Shown here: in pieces, positions 1 through 12,500 of the stretch
Layout: each line of letters starts with the position of its first letter
How positions within the stretch are numbered: position 1 is the first letter of the stretch
From: Styela clava
Lineage: Eukaryota
Length of the DNA: 64,000 nucleotides
Assembly: GCF_964204865.1 (NCBI RefSeq)
Contig: NC_135251.1
Span: 20,522,001 to 20,586,000, forward strand
Reading direction: 5' to 3'
Program-made: the position numbers and the translations under genes
Notes under the pieces: model-generated
What the model saw: only the letters and a program-made list of their open reading frames with translations
The model's database searches: none
What the model was told of the DNA's origin: nothing

Positions 1-56
1 AAAAAGAGATTTTGTTTTGTCATTAATGTTATTGAACAGGTTCATATTCTTTTCAG

Positions 57-203
57 GAATCTTACAAAAATCCGTTGGTGTCAATTCAATGTTGGCATGT
101 GCATTGCGAAAAATGTTGGTTGAAAGCTTTGGGAGTTAAAAAATTATGTCCACAATGTAATATGATTACGCCTGCTTCTCATCTCCGAAGAATCTTCTTA
201 TAG
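57..203 (+). CDS. RNF220: E3 ubiquitin ligase RNF220, terminal coding exon (C-terminal RING finger); rest of gene lies upstream of the window
   Basis: After acceptor tttcag (51-56) reads ESYKNPLVSIQCWHVHCEKCWLKALGVKKLCPQCNMITPASHLRRIFL*, matching the RNF220 C-terminus (SIQCWHVHCEECWL..LGAKKLCPQCN..LRRIYL). Not in the ORF track. Confidence 0.92.
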   Translation, partial: ESYKNPLVSIQCWHVHCEKCWLKALGVKKLCPQCNMITPASHLRRIFL

Positions 204-1332
204 TATTTTTTATTATTTCATTAATAACATTTGCTTTATGCTTTTCCTTCAATACAAACTTTTATACATACTCGATCGTATGAAAAAAAAGTTGGCCTCC
301 TGTGTGAAAGGAGAGCTTCAGAACGAATGTAGTGAGCTGTACAGGTCGCGGGCGATTATGACTTTTAATAATAATAAATCACAAGTCAATTGGCAAGTAA
401 GTAGTTTTTGCATCTACCAATTATAATTCTGTGCCATGTCCTAAACAACGTCGCTGAAAGCGCCGCGACTAATGGAAAAGTTATAGTCCTCTGTGGGATT
501 GGTACGTACATGTGCTGTTTTTGCAGTTGGGAAATTTTTGCTGTGGATTAAATCCGTATTTGATATATCCCAAACCTGTCTAGATATTTAGTATCAGTTT
601 TTGCAATTCCCAATTCATCTTTCAACACGCACGAGAAAAGCCTTGGCGGGTTGGGAACAATAATAGAACTGTTCATTTTCTTTTAAAATGCTGAAAGCTA
701 CTGAAGAAGAGAGGTTTGCACCACGCTTTGGGTTGGACCCCCTCAGCACCAAGAATGTGACGATGCCATACGCGCTGAGATCTTTTGGTGATATGTGCGC
801 CAGCCAAAATACTTTGTTAAATACTAGATTAGTAGTAAATATGGGTATTGTATTTGCGATAGGAAAGACTCAAATGCGATGCTTATTCAAATGTGAAGAT
901 AAAAGTAATAATGCCTATAAGGTTACACACCTATTATCCCCAAGTGGTGCGGGCCCCGCATGTCGTTCCGATGCCTCAAATATTTATTTCGAAGGCATCC
1001 TCCATAGCCGGGGTATACAGAACTGGGTAAAAACTGAAATGCAACAAAATCTTGAAGTTGCAGGTGTTTATGTAAGTAATCAATACACCGCTATGAATTT
1101 AACCTCAGGTTCCGCTTATTGAAGGCTGGAATAGGATTTAAAAACCACGAGACAGTATACGCGGGGACACCATCGGGGTGTAAATGGGTCTTAAAATAAA
1201 AAAAAGAGACCTTAAAATCTTTTGTGACTTGGATGGTATGTCACTATAATCCTTTAAACTGTCGGATAGAAATGTATGGTAAACAATCAAGCGAAACTGA
1301 ATTAAAATGATTCACAGCTTTTTAATTGCAAA

Positions 1333-2424
1333 TCAAGTATCTCCTACAGTTTCTGTTAGCTTTTTACTATTCTTCATTCCCTTCCACATTTTGTCGAGTT
1401 TTTGTGATGCATATTTCCACCCTTTGACGGGGCCTACGCCGATCAGAGACTTCCGACTCTGTGACCAGGAAGATCTTTTTACAGTATAAATTAAAGCATC
1501 TCTAACAGGATCTTCAATATTAGCATACCGCGCTATGTTGCGAAGAATTTCTTCAGTGTCTCGAATTTGTATTGCATTTCTATCAAATTCCCTCGCCATT
1601 CGAATCTGCACTCTCAACGGAAGTTTGTCCAAGTAAACATGTCGCGCTTTTGGTGAACTGTCAACTTCTACCATCGCACTTTTTACGTTCCAAGACACAA
1701 ATTCTTTGCAATCGGCTGCTATAGATTCAAGAATCGGGTGGTAGAGGTCTTGAAATCTTGTATAATTTGGCTCGACTATGTTGCTGACTTTATTTTTGTC
1801 TTCGCCAAACTTCATTCGAAAATCGCCTAAATAACTCAAACCAGCAATGGTGTGGTACAGTTGCCACTCAGAAAATACTTCGGGAAGCATTAGAAACGAT
1901 GCATACAGCGCACTATGATAATTACGTCTCATAGCAAGCATTAATTTCGGATTGTTCTCAAACCTATGTCGTATAATATTTACAGGTTTGTGAAGTCTCC
2001 CTGCGACATATAAATTGTCCCAATTCAATAAATCGCTTTCAAGTTTTTCATTACTTATTATGCCGTATTTTATTATTCGTCCTTCGCATATAATCAAAGT
2101 ATTATAAAATATATTTGCACCATAGTTTTCTTGAAGTTGGGCAATTCGTTCAGCGCCTAATTTTTGCATCAACAATGAATAATGGTTCTGATTTAAACTC
2201 AAATTTTCGCTGTGCCATTTTAAAGGATCTTGGACAGCAAATATGAAGTCTAACATGTTAGCTGTGGGATTTTTGTGACCTTTTTGGGCAAAAACACCAG
2301 ATCCATAGGCAAATGCAAGGGACATGTTTCCTCCATCCGGGAAATGCATCAATATTCTCTGAAATATACTTGATGTATTGGACACTATTGGTACATTCGA
2401 TAGAAGACAACTTAATATTCTCAT
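1333..2424 (-). CDS. TAMM41: Mitochondrial phosphatidate cytidylyltransferase Tam41, single coding exon (363 aa)
   Basis: Family motifs AFAYGSGVF, MLDFIFAV, YVAGRLHKPV, GLSYLGDFRM, GEDKNKVSNIV. Confidence 0.96.
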   Translation of the reverse strand: MRILSCLLSNVPIVSNTSSIFQRILMHFPDGGNMSLAFAYGSGVFAQKGHKNPTANMLDFIFAVQDPLKWHSENLSLNQNHYSLLMQKLGAERIAQLQENYGANIFYNTLIICEGRIIKYGIISNEKLESDLLNWDNLYVAGRLHKPVNIIRHRFENNPKLMLAMRRNYHSALYASFLMLPEVFSEWQLYHTIAGLSYLGDFRMKFGEDKNKVSNIVEPNYTRFQDLYHPILESIAADCKEFVSWNVKSAMVEVDSSPKARHVYLDKLPLRVQIRMAREFDRNAIQIRDTEEILRNIARYANIEDPVRDALIYTVKRSSWSQSRKSLIGVGPVKGWKYASQKLDKMWKGMKNSKKLTETVGDT

Positions 2425-3976
2425 CTTTTATATGTAATGGATTCACTATCACTGAATAACAATGACAAATACAGTAAAGCAATGTTAAATGAAAATACCT
2501 ACTCAAAATTAATAAACAGATAGAAGGTCCAGTCAGTTTTTCACTTGCTTATTTACTGGTATTAAATTTTTCTAGCTATGTTAAACTACAATAATTTTAT
2601 ACAAGCTTGAGTTCCAAAATATGGCAAATAAAAGGTGACCATTACAATGCATTGATTTAATACACAAGAAAACCAACAAAAATATTCAAAATGCAACTTG
2701 GCTTATCTCACATGACAAGTATTCTTTTACTTAGGACTTGGCATACAAATTTTGATGGCTCCTTCCTAAAAATATTCAAGTCTTGCAGATCCCCTGAACA
2801 ATTGATATTATAATCCAGTCCAACCCAACCTTACTTCCACTTTGAATACCGTATATGCAATGGGGCAATTCATCAATTTTCTACAAAATCGTATACTGGC
2901 AAATGGCAATACACATAGGATATTTGAATGTCCAGTACCTCATACCAGTAACTGTCTCTTAAAAGATGTGGGGCAATCAATGTTCAACTGCTTTGCCTTT
3001 GATTTCAAAATACAACAACTACAATAAAAAAGACAAACTACACAGAAAATAGCAAGTGGCATGTATCAATAATAGCAAGATATACCCTCATGCAGAACAG
3101 ATAAGACTATCTGGACTACAAAATAATTGAATTGTCTAAATGGCTGCAGTAAAATACTAATGTTGCTGCATGAAGCATGCACCCACTCAACATTACTAAA
3201 TTTGTGCTCATCAGTCGTAAAGGAAGTTATTTCCTCTACAAGGCAATATTCTCCATTTTAAACAACTATTTCAAAGGTTTTTCTCAAGTTGAGCAAAATT
3301 TCAGAATGATACATAATATATTTACCAGTTGAAAATCAATTACTGTATTGGCTGTAATAGATGTTGGTAACTTGCATTGACTAATTCTAAAACTTAATGG
3401 AACTGAAGGGCGTATTGGCTGTATTTTTATACCTGCACATTCAATAGTTCTGTGGACAAGTTATTGAAATAACAAACTTAGAACAGCTGATTTATGCATG
3501 AAATTCTTTCATTTGAAATTGATTGATTCATTTCCTGCCAAACATGGTGAAAGGTATTTGAACTGCAATTTAACTACGTAACTTTGCAAAACCCATACAC
3601 GATTTTGCCATTTGCACGATCAAAACTACCAAAAAATGCATTCTGAAATAAATTGGACAAAGTGACTTTTCAGCTGTTCAAATTCGATATTTTTATTTAC
3701 ACACTGTGCCACTGAAAGTTTAATAATGTGCTCATATGGAATAGATTGAAGACCGCTGATATAATTTCTATTTAAGAACATTATACAAAGTCCACGAAAA
3801 CACTTCTACTAATGTATCATCCACATGATTAAATTATTTCATACATACCACTTCCTAATTTTTTAATGTGGCATCAACTAAGGTATTTTCACCAGTGTAT
3901 TCTATTACATTGAACTTTAAAAACAGCATATTTTCAGTTAGACAAGTTTTTTTCTTACATTGTATATGTAGATAAT

Positions 3977-4393
3977 TTAGAATTCCAATCCTTCTGGTGG
4001 TTGTTTAAGACGGCTACACTCTTTCAGTGACATCTTAACCTTCAGCTCTGACAATACAGATTTTATAGTATAAGCAGGTTGCCATCTCGATAAACAATCA
4101 AATGAACTTTCACAAATATGTCCGTTCGAATCGACCCATGGTGCATTAAGCTTCGATACAAATTTGACTTTAGGTGGTTCATATGGGTAGTTTGGCCCAC
4201 AATGGATGTGCACTGTATAAAATCGACCTTCATATGGCGACCCATGAGGTCCCATAATTGTACCAGTCCATTCTGTCATGAACATGTCATCTTCCTTTTG
4301 TAAACCCCAACTTAGTGTTCCATCACCACCTTTTTCTCCATCTTCTAGCTCCTCGAGAAGTTTAAAGCTTCGAGGTATTTTTATCTTAGCCAT
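3977..4393 (-). CDS. UBE2V: Ubiquitin-conjugating enzyme E2 variant (UEV1/MMS2-like), single coding exon, divergent
   Basis: PRSFKLLEELEDGEKG, SWGL, WTGTIMGP, CGPNYP..PP and C-terminal QPPEG are UBE2V/Mms2 hallmarks. Confidence 0.9.
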   Translation of the reverse strand: MAKIKIPRSFKLLEELEDGEKGGDGTLSWGLQKEDDMFMTEWTGTIMGPHGSPYEGRFYTVHIHCGPNYPYEPPKVKFVSKLNAPWVDSNGHICESSFDCLSRWQPAYTIKSVLSELKVKMSLKECSRLKQPPEGLEF

Positions 4394-4631
4394 ATGTTAC
4401 AATTTATAAACTGAAATACTCTGTAGTAAAAAGTAAACTAGTCATATTCACTTTGACAGGAAATAGATCATCACAATTTGAAAATGAACATTCAGCATTG
4501 AAATTACAAATGACCAAGACCAATAACGTATCTTACATATTGATCTGAGTTGTTAATGATGCTTGAACTTTTGATTCAGTTAACCTATTTTTCCCCGCAT
4601 GCACAATGTCACACTAAGCCCCAAGCAGAAT

Positions 4632-4902
4632 AATAGGATAGGATTTACATATTTATCCCGGGGGAGAAGATAGCCGAAAAGGCATTTTAATCATAACCTG
4701 AACAACGGACTTTCAACCTGTTATCACTTATCAGTCCTGTTATGTTCAGATGTTGGGTATGGCATGCATGGAGTTCATGGTGGAGAAAGCGGTAACCGCC
4801 CTCAGTTACGTGAACCACCCGACAGGCTGCGGGTGCCGGCGAGGAGTCCAGCAATCCTCTCGCACATAATTATCTCTACAAAGGATTTGAACCTATGCAT
4901 GG
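4632..4902 (-). mobile_element. tRNA-derived SINE copy (family A), 5'-truncated
   Basis: Reverse complement carries a B-box-like GGTTCAAATCC, the body GAGGATTGCTGGACTCC and the tail GGGGATAAATATGTAAATCCTATCCTATT shared with the copies at 29.3, 39.7 and 46.7 kb. Confidence 0.8.
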
Positions 4903-5149
4903 TAATCAAAGCTTACCAAAATAACAGAAGTCAGAGATCAAACTCCTGAACATCTATTTTTTCACATTCATAATATTTCAACTTTCTGACAATTTTATGC
5001 TGTTTGCACTGTTTTCCAGTTTTCAGTGAGTTTTTTTCGGTAAGATATTTTTTTCAGTAAGCTAGATGTTACAAACCAAATTCTACGTCAATTCAGCAAT
5101 TAGTCAATTTAAAATGTGAGGATACACAAACAGATAAATTCAACAGTGA

Positions 5150-5900
5150 AATGGTGCATATATTCTCACGCTAGAGTAAACCCAAACGGATTGAAACAAA
5201 ATTGACGGCTAGAAGTCTAACTACAGAACTACCTTATGTATTCCCATCTGGTTGAGAAACTCCGATGGATGGGATCGTTCTAAATCTAAAATGTCATGGC
5301 TCAATGATACCCCCGTAGTGGCGAAATCCGAATCTTGCTAGGAATTTTAACGAAAATTGTGCTTGTTGGGCACGAAATGTACCCACCGTGTTTTTCTGTA
5401 AAAGAGACTAAAAGATTGTATTTTCCGATAGAAGTTTATCACATTTATTTATTTCAAAAAGTGTTTCAGTGGGTGAGATTTTCCATGCGGTAGGCCAAAA
5501 AAGTCTCATTTTTGATTGAATGATAAAATATTTCTGAGCTGCTGTCTGAGCTCTTGCTGATTAGCCAATGTTACGGAAGTAAACAAAGAAGTCGATGTTA
5601 GGGTAAACTAAACATCCAATTCCAGTTCAGTTTGAGGCTCCGTCATTGACCCGCGCTATCTCTCATGTCCATTGTCTAACAGGCAGACGGTGACGATTTG
5701 GTGCTCACAGGTTAGCGGTAGTGGGCTAGTTTATCATCACGGACGTATTGACTAGAATGCGGGAAAAGCTGGACAGTGCCGTAACATTCCATTCTTCAAT
5801 ATTTCGTTTGCAGCCTAAAGTAAAATATGTTACCGGTCAGCCGGTACCGGTACCGTACTTTGTTCTGAATTTTGGTGCAGTTCGTTCTCAATTCTCATCC
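5150..5900. promoter_or_regulatory. Putative bidirectional promoter between UBE2V(-) and MEMO1(+)
   Basis: Head-to-head genes; visibly more CpG than the flanks; CCAAT near 5565 and CGGAAGT (ETS-like) near 5574. Function is inferred. Confidence 0.5.
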
Positions 5901-6030
5901 AACTGATTATTCATGAATTATTTATACTGGTATTATATTTTTTAGTTTCTGACCGATAGAAGCATAGGCTCTTATCATACCTACCTGACTAATAAACTTT
6001 TATTAACAAATAGTTTGTATAAAAATCAAC

Positions 6031-6915
6031 ATGACCACTAGAATTGCTTCTCATGCTGGAAGTTGGTATGTCAGTTCTAGAGAAGATCTTGATCGACAGC
6101 TAGTTGGATGGCTAAATAATGCCCAAAAAGTGGGAAATCAAATTCGTGCAATTATTTCACCTCATGCTGGATATTCTTATTGTGGTTCCTCTGCAGCACA
6201 TGCTTACAGACAAATTGAACATGAAAATATAAAACGGATATTTATTCTAGGACCATCGCATCATGTTTATCTTCCTGGATGCGCTTTATCTTCTGTACAA
6301 AAGTATGAAACACCTTTGTATTCTTTGACAATAGATCAAGCAATATATGCAGAATTGAAACAAACTAACAAATTCACCTCGATGACAAAGCAAGTCGATG
6401 AAGATGAGCACAGTATTGAAATGCAACTTCCTTATATTGCAAAAGTTATGGAAAAATGCAAAGATAAATTCACAATTGTGCCTGTGCTAGTTGGAGGTCT
6501 TGATAGAGACGCCGAGAAGCTATATGGCGAAATCTTCAGCAGTTATTTGGCCGATCCACAAAATTTATTTGTGATCTCTTCTGACTTTTGTCACTGGGGT
6601 CAACGCTTTAAATACACATACTTTGATGAAAAATATGGAGAAATATACAAGTCTATTGAACATTTGGATAAAATGGGAATGAAATTCATTGAGGAGCTGG
6701 ATGCAACAAAATTCCATAAATATCTTAAGCAATACGGTAATACAATATGTGGACGTCATCCAATTGGTGTATTGCTCAATGCAGTCGAAGCGTTGCAAAA
6801 TCAATCACAACCAAAATTCACATTTAAATTTCTCGATTATAAACAATCTAGCAAATGTAAGCACCAGAGAGACAGCTCAGTAAGTTATGCTGCTGGGGTG
6901 TTGGAAAATGTATGA
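6031..6915 (+). CDS. MEMO1: Protein MEMO1, single coding exon (294 aa)
   Basis: [59 protein letters not shown]. Confidence 0.98.
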   Translation: MTTRIASHAGSWYVSSREDLDRQLVGWLNNAQKVGNQIRAIISPHAGYSYCGSSAAHAYRQIEHENIKRIFILGPSHHVYLPGCALSSVQKYETPLYSLTIDQAIYAELKQTNKFTSMTKQVDEDEHSIEMQLPYIAKVMEKCKDKFTIVPVLVGGLDRDAEKLYGEIFSSYLADPQNLFVISSDFCHWGQRFKYTYFDEKYGEIYKSIEHLDKMGMKFIEELDATKFHKYLKQYGNTICGRHPIGVLLNAVEALQNQSQPKFTFKFLDYKQSSKCKHQRDSSVSYAAGVLENV

Positions 6916-7899
6916 ATTCTGCTTGTGGACATGCTGTCCGGCAAAAATGTCATCTATTTGTTCTGCTATGATTTATGCATTGCATGTAGCACGCCCTATT
7001 ATTAGTAAAGCTTGGATAACACATTTTTAGGTAATGAAATTTAATTTTATCATTGACAGACCAGCTCAGTTTTAATTTCACTTGTGATGTATATGTGTAA
7101 TGTTCGATGTTGTGCTTTGTATCCCTTTTTGTAATAATATTATGTACTTGGTATGAAATGACTTTATATGTAGCTTATGTCAGAAATTTACCGTAGTTGC
7201 CAGTTGTTTATATGTTGGTTTTGTCAAATAAGCCCTCTTCAGCCAACATAGGAAACTTCTGTATTCAAATTATATGGATGGAGTTTCATTTGTATTTCAG
7301 ACTTATTAATTCAGTTTATTTCTTCAATAAGATACATGAATGTCATAACTCATAAAACTACAATTTTTATCATCCACATACATATTTTTCGAATAGCATT
7401 AATTTCTACTTTAATCCAAACCAATATCCTTTGGGCATCCCCAGATAGTGGATCCAATTAAAAAAAACTTCACAAGAAGTTGGGCTATTATTGGACATTA
7501 CATTATAATTTCACCAACTGCCATGGTCTACTCATAAATATATAAATTCAGTGCAGATTTATGTTTTCTTAAATGAATTTCATTGACAGTTGTATGATAG
7601 ATCCTATTTGGTAAATCCTTATTGTCACATAAACGAACAATCGGAACCGTATGTCATTCCATAAACAGCCACGCCAATTCATTTGGTTGGAGTATTGGAA
7701 GAAGTACTACAGATTCCCAAAGTGGAAGAAACCTGGCATAAAATATTATCTGAACGATAACCATTGAAATTTGCACTTATATTCCCCAAGAACGTGTAGT
7801 ACAGGACAAAATTTGACAAAAAAATACACAGAGCAAATAGATGAAATCAATCCAGATTATTGCACATTTACACAAAAAGTAAAAAGATTACAGCAAAGG

Positions 7900-10800
7900 C
7901 TAATGCATTTCTCCCACGGAATTAACGTAATCTTGATAAACTCTGTAGTTGGTCAGCAGGGTTGTAGGATATTGGGTACAGCAGGCTACACTTTTTTCAT
8001 ATATTTGTCGAGACTGTCGACCTACTGTGGGCGGTTCAACATGATAAATGCTGTCTTGGCTGAAGACCGAATTGGGAATGAATTTATTATGAATGTCCTC
8101 AACAGCAATATACCGTCGGTACAAATTCAGGTCCTTCCTTGAAGGAGTCCACGATATTTTATCCCCATATGATTCTCTAGGTGAAAACTCATCTAGAGGG
8201 TTAATGGGGTCAGATGGAACAGGATATTTCAACATTGATTTGGTTGCAACGTTGACAATGTCATCAGCGGTATATCGCACTTCTAGAACCGAATCATCAT
8301 CAGAAGATGAACTTTGATCTAGAGAACTCTGTGATGACAAGCTATCTGATACTTTATTCTGGTTCTTGATTTCCTGCCATTTGTCAGCTCTCAAAGCAAA
8401 GGGACTAATATTGTTGTAACCATTAGCTAAACATCCCGTCATTGAGTCAACTATGGTCAGACCAAATAGGTCATCAAATGAAGTTAATTCCCCAGTCCTG
8501 CAAAATTGAAGAAACATAGATGATAACAAAGTAATGTTTCATTATTTTATATATCCATGACAAAACTTAAATACCACCACCACTTAATGAATTTAGGTTA
8601 TTTTGCCCAAATCTTCACCTCTAATTTCGCAACTTCTGGACATAAACCTAGCCAGCTTTATGGCGACACAGTATTTTGAAAACACTGGTCTACGAAGGGG
8701 CAATATGATTAAGCCTTTCCATTAGTTGGTTATCTGATAAGAATCATACATATTATGCTATGCAAAAAAATGGTATCCATTACTAACCTGTAAAATTCAT
8801 TAAACCAATCAACTTTTGAATCACTAGCTGTGAAATATTTCATTTCCGTCATATGATTCTTCAAACAATTGGCAGTTTGAAATGACGTCACGAAATCTAA
8901 CGGCAATGGTAACACTGATCGTAAAGCAGAATTCAGCCACATAGTGTAATTATTGTTTTCGAATGATGCCAAGATATCATCCCCAACATTGTGAAGATAA
9001 ACATCTGTAGATAAATCCCACTGTGGGCAGTCGTGCTCTTCTGGTCTGTAGATACCAAGAAACAGGTTGATTGCAGACTGTTTGTATGTATCGGAGAATG
9101 TATTGCTGTAGTAACGAGAAAGTGTTGTCACAATATCTCTGGAATGAGATGCTAATACTGCAGTCTGTCGGTATGACTGGATGGTATGTACCAGTTGAGA
9201 TCCACCATATTGCAGAGCTATTATGTCTCCATGTTCCTCAAACAGCTCCTCGAATAATCTTGTGGCATCAGTGTCAAACTCTATTTCAGGAGTTTGGAGC
9301 AATCCAAGAGAAAACAGCTGATATGCTAGAGCACATTTCGATGATATAAACTGTGCAGAGTTTGTGCGATCTAAACAGTCAACACAATTTGATCGAACAA
9401 CGCCAGTTTGTAGTCGAAATGGTCCAAATTTCACCCCTTTCAACTCAGCCCACTTTGGATTTTTATTCAAAGTGTGTTGGAAAAGTTGCATATTGCTCTG
9501 AAAGAAACCAGTACGCTGTAAATCAGTTTCTGCTATCATTGCCAGTTTTACCAGAACATCAGACTTGGTTGAATGAGATAGATTTGCCATATCCAGAGTT
9601 TGATAGATAATTTGCTGGTCAACTGGCAAAAATAGGTTTAAGTAATCAATCGCTGATTTGAATGCTTTGCCAAGCTGACTTTCGTGGGTCCTCCTCTCGT
9701 GTTTTCTTACTAAATTAAGCACAATAATGGGTGATCCATAACGATGGTATAGTTGGGAGAAATGTTTTCCTGTAACTTGTGCATAAGGATTTGACATTGC
9801 TATAGTAATCGGGGGTTTTGCTGGCACAACACTTGCGGTAATATCTTGAAACCAATGCACAGGTACACTGCCTCTATGCTGAATATATGCAGTATAATGT
9901 CCTTTTAGAAAAGATGTCACTGTTGCTGAATGTACAATTTGTTCAGTTTCCACCTCATTGGCAATATCCCCATGAATATTACATCCTCTTTTCAAAAATC
10001 TAGTACCAGCAAAACAACTCGATCGTCTAGCAATTAGAGTCACATAAACAGGCTTTCCATAAACATTAATCTTTATCTGCCCAAGAAAACCATGGATGAC
10101 ATCTACTGTCCAATCAGAAGCTATGTGACTTAGTGATTTCGGTATGGGTTCTTTCAAAAAACTGTTCCATATATATCTTTTGCATGGGGTTGCTTCTATG
10201 CACATTGCCAATTTTTGAACATTATTTTTAGTTTCTTTACCGTTACTACTGGCTCCATCCTCTTCAGCAGACTCTTCATAATGCCAAGATTCTGGGGTAG
10301 ACCCGCTCGCAGTACTCGTATCAGCATCCAAAAGATTATCTTCATTATCAGAACTGTTAATATTTGTACAAGCATACTGGAAGGTTACATTTTGTTGGAG
10401 ACTATTGCTTAAATCATAACTATTACTGTAGTAGAAGTTGCTGGATAAATCCACCATTTGAAAGCTTTTCAAATATCTTGATTCGTCCGGATGACTTATG
10501 CGAGCATTGCTGTTTGGTATATATATCATAGAAGTATCTTCAACTTTAAATATTCTGTGGCCACCTAATTCTGCTGCGACTGAGCGCTTTGTGACCAATA
10601 TCATATAATAACCTTCCAAAAAACGAACGAATCCTATAATTCCAAATGCTGTCAATGTTTGCACAAGGCCTCTTTGTCTCCATGACGACTGACGTCTCCC
10701 CCAATTTCCAGCATGTAATCGCTCTATAATCTCTTTTACTTGCGGCAAGGTGTACTCAGCTTTGTCTTCTTCTATTACAAGATTTTTTGGTTCACTTCTA

Positions 10801-10946
10801 TCTATTTTCAAAACTTTGAATTTTGTTTCAGCATTGTTTGAACCGATAACAAAATATTTTGTATGAGTTTTATAAATCTGTAGCAGTTGAATCCAGTTTA
10901 TTTTGAAATGACATGAATGGTTTCCAGTAGACGATTGGTTTGTCAT
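7900..10946 (-). CDS. FIG4: Polyphosphoinositide phosphatase FIG4/SAC3; two coding exons 10946-8788 and 8497-7900 (~918 aa)
   Basis: SAC domain with FAGTRFLKRG, ANEVETEQI and catalytic CVDCLDRT. Intron AG|GTTAGT...TTTTGCAG|G joins FNEFYR-TGELTSFDDLF in frame. First ATG at 10946 (the ORF track starts at a TTG). Confidence 0.95.
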
Positions 10947-11699
10947 AATGCAGTGGTTACAATTCAATAATGAAATGACAAATATGCTATGTTAGTATCT
11001 GCAACCCAATGACGATGATACCGTAACTAGTTTATCACTTACATACTGCAGTACTGTTGTTATTTGTTTATAAAGAAAATAAAAACAGCAAATTTCAGTG
11101 AAATTGAGAAATATCGTGTGGAATTATGGAAACAAGTTGCCACATTTAGTATAAGCAATAAATAGTCTATAAACTTATAATATTATTGGAAGCGATTTTA
11201 ATCTTCCTGAACCCAAAGTTTTTTTAATAACAAACCAACAATGTAGATATTCAATAAGTGAATAAAATAAAAATAAATAGAAACATATATTATGCACAAT
11301 AAAGTAAACAAACATATAACTTATATTATTCACGCTGCCACGTGCATTATTTCGTGATGATCCATAATATATATTTGTTGATTTCGCCATACATTCGTAA
11401 GTGGTCTAGTTTATTTTAAATTATTAAGTATGGGAAACAACATTTATAGGTCATAAGCTATTGCATATCATGTCAAGTTCCTTTACATAGCCCAAAGTTT
11501 TAACCATCTTTCTGAAGGCAGCTCTTAATATGTAAGCTAAATTTCGGAATGATCATTTAGTAGTCAGCATAACAGGTAGACCAGGGATGGCGAACCATTG
11601 ACCACCGAGTCACACCCAGATACAAATTCATTCAAAAAACAAAGTGACAATCCTGTAATAAAAATTGATAATAATGCCGGCTTCAGCTCATATAATACC

Positions 11700-12500
11700 G
11701 TAATGCGTAATGCACTATAACAACTACGGTACCGGTACTATAATAAACCAGTACGGTATGCTACAGTTACATACAACGTTAATGAAATAACAATTCAACT
11801 TATCTGTTCACGGTGAAAGGAGACGCGAAGAACCGATGTTGGTTACAGAGCATATTTACACAAATGAATATAGACACGAAAATATAAAGATATGCAATGT
11901 CACCAAAATGTAAATACAGTACCAGTACTGTAATTGAAAGGGAAGTAATTTACATCCGCTAGGTTGCGCAACACGAAAATGTTATTTTTTGCTAACGTTT
12001 TCCGCGTATGCAGATGTGCGTATTGAACTGGAAAATGTATGTTGAAAAATAATTATAAAACATTTGAATCTATTTATGTCATCAATTTCATTTTTCGAAT
12101 GTATTGATATTATACTGTTATTTTAGATACCGTATAATATTTGGAGTCTTTTTCTTACACTGACCACACGAGGTGGCATACGACGAATCATAATAACGTA
12201 CAAATACATGCGAATTTATTGTATTTTCTCCTTTATGCGACGTTTATTGGCGCGTTTCGCTCCGAACCAGGCTCGAAACAAGCAGCAACTGATATCTTAC
12301 CATATGTGAGAAATTACTTTTATTTGGAATGACCGGGAACTCTTCCGTTCTAAATTTGTTTTAGCAACGATTGAAAAGGCGCCAAAATTCGGTTAGACCG
12401 GAGTGCTGCAATTTGTCAAAATATTAATAAGAACGCGGTCAAGACTGCAAGACAGCAATAGCGTATCGCACGGTACCGGTACCGGTACGCGTATTACTTA
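11700..12500. promoter_or_regulatory. Putative bidirectional promoter between FIG4(-) and RNLS(+)
   Basis: Divergent genes; CpG-retaining stretch bracketed by GGTACC tracts at 11725-11740 and 12471-12490. Function is inferred. Confidence 0.45.

Noticed and set aside
688-1122. 144-aa ORF on the + strand
   Set aside because: No recognisable domain; it lies in the probable RNF220/TAMM41 3' UTR zone. It cannot be supported without a homology or ribosome-profiling hit.
7771-10412. Short antisense or overlapping ORFs within FIG4 (and similar ones inside MEMO1, JMJD8 and UBE2V)
   Set aside because: Shadow ORFs of real coding exons with no independent signal.
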